Part shown: positions 58,166 through 64,000 of the stretch, in pieces | How the letters are laid out: the number at the start of each line of letters is the position of its first letter | How positions within the stretch are numbered: position 1 is the first letter of the stretch | Assembly (NCBI RefSeq): GCF_009914755.1 | Contig: NC_060928.1 | Origin: the human T2T-CHM13v2.0 reference genome, Homo sapiens | Direction: 5' to 3' (one strand) | Length of the DNA: 64,000 bases | Program-made: the position numbers and the translations under genes | Notes under the pieces: model-generated | What the model was told of the DNA's origin: nothing | What the model saw: the letters and a program-made list of their open reading frames with translations, nothing else | The model's database searches: none

Positions 58166-59999
58166 TTACCTCATATTTAGTTTTTACTGCCTTAAAATTT
58201 TTGTTTCTAGGACAGTCCCCTCTACAGGAGTGTAAGCTCTGTGTTAGTGGAATTTTCCTTGTTGAGTGTTGCGCCCTTAGTGTTCATAGAGGAGGAACGC
58301 AACGGGTATTTTATTCCCTTTGAGTTTCAGAAGTCTGTACAGCTATTTCAGGTCATTACGGTATTACTTATGGAACTTCTGCCTCATTGAAGCAAATTGC
58401 ACATGGTCACATGAAAAAATTAATTTCACCTTCTCACACACTCAACCAACTGCAGCGTGCCTTATCCACCGAGATAATTTGGTTTAGTTAGTAAACAAAA
58501 TTTGATTTAGTTGTTTATTAAAATAAGTAAATGACTGCTTTCTACTTGTTTATATTTTATTTTTAGAACTTTTATTTCTAAGACAGTTGAGGAGAATTGT
58601 GAAAGAAGAGTAGACTCTTCACACTCTTGGTTTCATTAAAAATAAAATAGTTCCATAGTTCTAAAAATGGAAAATATTTCTCCAAATGTTTTCAATAAAG
58701 ATTCATACACAATATATGAATCACACAGAGTAGAGTTTAAATGACATGTGGGTAACAGGAACATATCAAACTTCAATACAATTACACTCACAATTTGATT
58801 CAGCAAGGCGAGAAAAATAGGTTACTTAAAAACTGTCAGAATTGCAGTACAGGGTTGTTGACAGCTGTGAAGAAAAGTTGAATAACACTGAGCTGAAAAG
58901 GTCAACGTTTCTTGTTGATATTGGTTGGTGGGATGGGAAGGGCCTTTGGGATTGTCAAAGGCCACCCTCCAGGGATATATATTGCAGTGGAAGTTTTAGA
59001 GGTCAGACTTCCTGAGATAAGGAGCGGAACTGGTTTCCTCACAATAGTTCTGAACTCGGAGGTCATTCATATACTCTTTTGAATCACTTTTCCCCTAAAG
59101 GCTCAAATAGAGAATATAGGTTAATAAAACTGAGTAATGGTAAGGTTTGCAGGAGACATGGGAATCTTTATTCTGTTCCTTTTAACTGAGTTTAATACCT
59201 TGTTTGGAGAGAAAGTAAAAATACAGGAAAACTAGTAAAGGAACTTATGGCCAAAAAATAAATAAACTCATCAGGGTTCAGTATTTTTTTTTCATTACAA
59301 ACTCTATCACTGTGACTCACCTTTAAAGGCCTTGTGATTTTTGAAGGTGAATCTATATTCCAAATAAAATAGTTGGTTATTGTCAAATAATTTTAGCATT
59401 TGATGCAAAAATTAAATAATTCTAATATTAAGATGAAAACCGGTTAATAAGGAAATGTATCTTTTTGGCCAATAATTCTGACATGTGCCATTCCACATTG
59501 CTTTGCATCCCAGGAGTTTAGAATACTTTGTGGAATGCATCACTATCCCTAGTAGTTAAGTTTAAATCCACATACTGCTTTTTCTTAATTTGATGGATAT
59601 AGATATTTACACTGTAAAGCTACATAATGATAAGCATTGGGGTAAATAAAAATGTATCTACATTTCCCATTAAAAAACAGACCTAGAGATTGTAAGATTG
59701 GTGGTTTAAATCAATTTTTAAAAAAATCTTTCATCCAGATATTAGCATTGTGCAAACTTGGGTTAGAAAATAATTTCCACATTTTAGGCCAGTGGCAGAC
59801 CCAGGGCTACTCGGATCCTCTAAAACTAAGTTTAATATGGTGGCAGTAGTTAGATTAACCAGCAATGTGAGTTACCAGATCTCATGCCAGTTGTGCTTCC
59901 ACCTTTCCTGACGTTCTTGAGCCACATGGGTTGATTGCAGGCTGGGGTGAGTTGGAACTGCTGAATCCTTAAGCGGTCCAATTTTGTTACAGTAATAAA

Positions 60000-60250
60000 T
60001 GATATTAGCCAACCATTATTAATCACTTGGTATGTTCTTGGCTCTTTTCTAATAATTTTGCATGCGTTAACTCATTGACCACTCACACTTCAGTCATTAT
60101 TATGAGGCACTTTTATCTCTGTTTTGCAGATGAGTTAGCAGAGATAGAGAGAGGTTTTTCCTAAACTTGCCCAAATCACTATGCTGGTAAGCGGTGGAGC
60201 CGGATAAAAATTCAAGTGGTCTTGTTCCAAAGTCATTGGTCCTTAAGTTT
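60000..60250 (-). mobile_element. MIR
   Basis: gttttgcagatgag...aacttgcccaaatcac...ggtaagcggtggagc. Confidence 0.75.
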
Positions 60251-60412
60251 TAAATTATGTTGTCGGCTTAGCTTCTTGATTCTCAACCATGTGGATGTAT
60301 TACTGCGAAATATCCTCTGAGTTTAAAATTGTGTGTATTTACAACATTTATTAATATTAGTAACTAACTAAACATATATTTAAATGAGAAGGCTCACTAA
60401 TTTGAAAAATAG

Positions 60413-60759
<347 letters not shown>

Positions 60760-61087
60760 CAATTTTAATCTGTTGGAAAAAAATATCTGCTATTTTAGCC
60801 TACCCTTCCCCAGCCCACATTGAGTCTGTTTCTTGTAAAATTTTTTTGATGTATTAAATATTTTTATTTGGTGTTTTGTGAAAAGTTTAAAGCAAATATG
60901 AAAAAATTTTAATTCTTAGCATTTAAATAATGACAGTTGAAGTTTATCTGTATGTACATCAAGTAACTTGTTATTTCAATAATTTCTTCTTAGAGACTAG
61001 ATAGAAATATACTATCAGTTGTTTTTCACTTTTTTATGAAATGAGAATGGGGATGAAGGTCAGGAGTAAGAAAGTGGGATTTAAGTT

Positions 61088-61373
61088 TCACGGTGGCTCA
61101 TGCCTGTAATCCCAGCACTTTGGGAGGCCAAGGCGGGTGGATCACCTGAGGTCAGGAGTTCGAGAGCAGCCTGGCCAACATGGAAAAACCCCGTCTCTAT
61201 TAAAAATACAAAAACTAGCTGGGCATGGTGGCGGTTACCCGTAATCCCAACTACTCGGGAGGCTGAGGCGGGAGAATTACTTGAACCCAGGAGGTGGAGG
61301 TTGCAGTGAGCCGAGATCACTCCAGCCTGGCTGACGAGCGAAACTCCATCTCAAAAAAAAAAAAAAAAAAAAA
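61088..61373 (+). mobile_element. AluS with small deletions
   Basis: Alu body plus A21 tail. No TSD visible. Confidence 0.93.
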
Positions 61374-61414
61374 TACTAGTGACCTCGTATCACATTTGCA
61401 ATATGAAAATGCAA

Positions 61415-64000
61415 GGGGCCTCCGGAGGTGCCGGGATTGCAGACAGTGTCTGGTTCACTCAGTGCTCAATGGTGCCCAAGATGGAGTGCAGTGGCGTGAT
61501 CTCGGCTCGCTACAACTTCCACCTCCCAGCCGCCTGCCTTGGCCTCCCAAAGTGCAGCCTCTGCCCGGCCGCCACCCCGTCTAGGAAGTGAGGAGCGTCT
61601 CTGCCTGGCCGCCCATCATCTGGGATGTTAGGAGCCCCTCTGCCTGGCTGCCCAGTCTGGAAAGTGAGGAGCGTCTCTGCCCGGCCGCCATCCCATCTAG
61701 GAAGTGAGGAGCGCCTCTTCCCGGCCGCCATCCCATCTAGGAAGTGAGGAGCGTCTCTGCCCAGCCGCCCATCGTCTGAGATGTGGGGAGTGCCTTTGCG
61801 CCACCGCCCCGTCTGGGATGTGAGGAGCGCCTCTGCCCAGCCGCCCCATCTGAGAAGGGAGGAGACCCTCCGCCTGGCAACCGCCCCGTCTGAGAAGTGA
61901 GGAGACCCTCCGCCCGGCAGCCGCCCCATCTGAGAAGTGAGGAGCCCCTCCGCCCGGCAGCCACCCCATCTGGGAAGTGAGGAGCGTCTCCGCCCGGCAG
62001 CCGCCCTGTCCAGGAGGGAGGTGGGGGTCAGCCCCCGCCAGGCCAGCCACCCCGTCTGCCGTCTGGGAGGGAGGTGGGGGGTCAGCCCCCCGCCCGGCCA
62101 GCCGCCCCGTCCGGGAGGGAGGTGGGGGGGTCAGCCCCCCGCCTGGCCAGTGAGGGGCGCCTCTGCCCAGCTGCCCCTACTGGGAAGTGAGGAGCCCCTC
62201 TGCCCGGCCAGCCACCCTGTCCGGGAGGGAGGTGGGGGGGTCAGCCCCCCGCCCGGCCAGCCGCCCCATCCGGGAGGTGAGGGGCGCCTCTGCCCGGCCG
62301 CCCCTACTGGGAAGTGAGGAGCCCCTCTGCCCGGCCAGCCGCCCCTTCCGGGAGGGAGGTTGGGGGGGTCAGCCCCCCGCCTGGCCAGTCGCCCAGTCCG
62401 GGAGGGAGGTGGGGAGGTCAGCCCCCCGCCCAGCCAGCCGCCCCGTCCGGGAGGGAGGTGGGGGGGTCAGCCCCCCGCCCGGCCAGCTGCCTCGCCCGGG
62501 AGGTGAGGGGCGCCTCTGCCCGGCTGCCCCTACTGGGAAGTGAGGAGCCCCTCTGCCCGGCCAGCCGCCCCGTCCGGGAGGGAGGTGGGGGGTCAGCCCC
62601 CCACCCGGCCAGCCGCCCCGTCTGGGAGGGAGGTGGGGGGGTCAGCCCCCCGCCTGGCCAGCCGCCCCGTCCGGGAGGTGAGGGGCGCCTCTGCCCAGCT
62701 GCCCCTACTGGGAAGTGAGGAGCCCCTCTGCCCGGCCAGCCGCCCCGTCCGGGAGGGAGGTGGGGGGGTCAGCCCCCCGCCTGGCCAGCCGCCCCATCCG
62801 GGAGGGAGGTGGGGGGTCAGCCCCCCGCCCGGCCAGCCGCCCCGTCCGGGAGGTGAGGGGCGCCTCTGCCCGGCCACCCCTACTGGGAAGTGAGGAGCCC
62901 CTCTGCCCGGCCAGCCGCCCCTTCCGGGAGGGAGGTTGGGGGGTCAGCCCCCTGCCTGGCCAGTCGCCCAGTCCGGGAGGGAGGTGGGGGGGGTCAGCCC
63001 CCCGCCCGGCCAGCCGCCCCGTCCGGGAGGGAGGTGGGGGGTCAGCCCCCCGCCCGGCCAGCCGCCCCGTCCGGGAGGGAGGTGGGGGGGTCAGCCCCCC
63101 GCCCGGCCAGCTGTCTCGCCCGGGAGGTGAGGGGCGCCTCTGCCCGGCTGCCCGTACTGGGAAGTGAGGAGCCCCTCTGCCCGGCCAGCCTCCCCGTCCG
63201 GGAGGGAGGTGGGGGGTCAGGCCCCCACCCGGCCAGCCGCCCCGTCCGGGAGGTGAGGGGCGCCTCTGCCCGGCCACCCCTACTGGGAAGTGAGGAGCCC
63301 CTCTGCCCGGCCAGCCGCCCCTTCCGGGAGGGAGGTTGGGGGGTCAGCCCCCCGCCTGGCCAGCCGCCCCGTCCGGGAGGGAGGTGGGGGGTCAGCCCCC
63401 CACCCGGCCAGCCGCCCCGTCCGGGAGGGAGGTGGGGGGGTCAGCCCCCTGCCCGGCCAGCCGCCTCGTCCGGGAGGTGAGGGGCGCCTCTGCCCGGCCG
63501 CCCCTACTGGGAAGTGAGGAGCCCCTCTGCCCGGCCACCACCCCGTCTGGGAGGTGTGACCAACAGCCCATTGAGAACGGGCCATGATGACAATGGTGGT
63601 TTTGTGGAATAGAAAGCGGGGAAAGGTGGGGAAAAGATTGAGAAATCGGATGGTTGCCGTGTCTGTGTGGAAAGAAGTAGACATGGGAGACTTTTCATTT
63701 TTTTCTGTACTAAGAAAGATTCTGCCTTGGGATCCTGTTGATCTGTGACCTTAACCCCCAACCCTGTGCTCTCTGAAACATGTGCTGTGTCCACTCAGGG
63801 TTAAATGGATTAAGGGCGGTGCAAGATGTGCTTTGTTAAACAGATGCTTGAAGGCAGCATGCTCGTTAAGAGTCATCACCACTCCCTAATCTCAAGTACC
63901 CAGGGACACAAACACTGCGGAAGGCCGCAGGGTCCTCTGCCTAGGAAAACCAGAGACCTTTGTTCACTTGTTTATCTGCTGACCTTCCCTCCACTATTGT
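61415..64000 (+). mobile_element. 5'-truncated SVA (SVA_D-like), continuing past the window end
   Basis: Partial Alu-like domain ~61415-61556, VNTR ~61557-63555, SINE-R from ~63556 (cattgagaacgggccatgatgac...ccttccctccactattgt). No CCCTCT hexamer. Confidence 0.97.
61557..63555 (+). repeat. SVA GC-rich VNTR (~2 kb; ~37-50 bp units)
   Basis: Repeating gtgaggagcccctctgcccggcc and gggagggaggtgggggggtcagcccccc units. Confidence 0.97.

Noticed and set aside
61557-63555. Array of repeated units superficially like a CRISPR array
   Set aside because: No unique spacers; this is the standard SVA VNTR in a primate genome.
61294-63794. Many overlapping Pro/Gly/Arg-rich ORFs up to 196 aa
   Set aside because: By-product of the stop-poor, GC-rich SVA VNTR; not genes.

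Overview
Repeat-rich, non-coding hominid (human or great-ape) genomic DNA. The SVA element indicates a hominid. I cannot identify the locus or a host gene. I recognise no protein-coding exon; the ORFs I could trace derive from Alu, L1, LTR or SVA sequence, and the rest look like chance ORFs. The window holds about 26 Alu/FLAM/FAM copies, several L1 fragments and a two-LTR MST-type MaLR provirus with nested insertions. It also holds ERVL and ERV1 LTRs, an ERVL pol remnant, MIR/L2/L3 fossils, DNA-transposon fossils (MER5A, MER45A, Tigger4a, MER6B, MER102, MER1B), a 5'-truncated SVA running off the right edge, and a full-length U3 snoRNA retrocopy split by MER1B. I see no evidence for a new biological system. 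The notable signals are mechanistic footprints: a candidate old L1 3' transduction, two tailless Alus with target-site duplications (TSDs), an orphan poly(A) insertion, a twin-primed L1, an internally inverted MST element, a 16-nt templated insertion and a 21-bp foldback hairpin. There is also an unexplained diverged ~200-bp duplication, plus weak candidate exons and enhancers. Repeat subfamily names come from recalled consensus sequences, and boundaries of old repeats are approximate.
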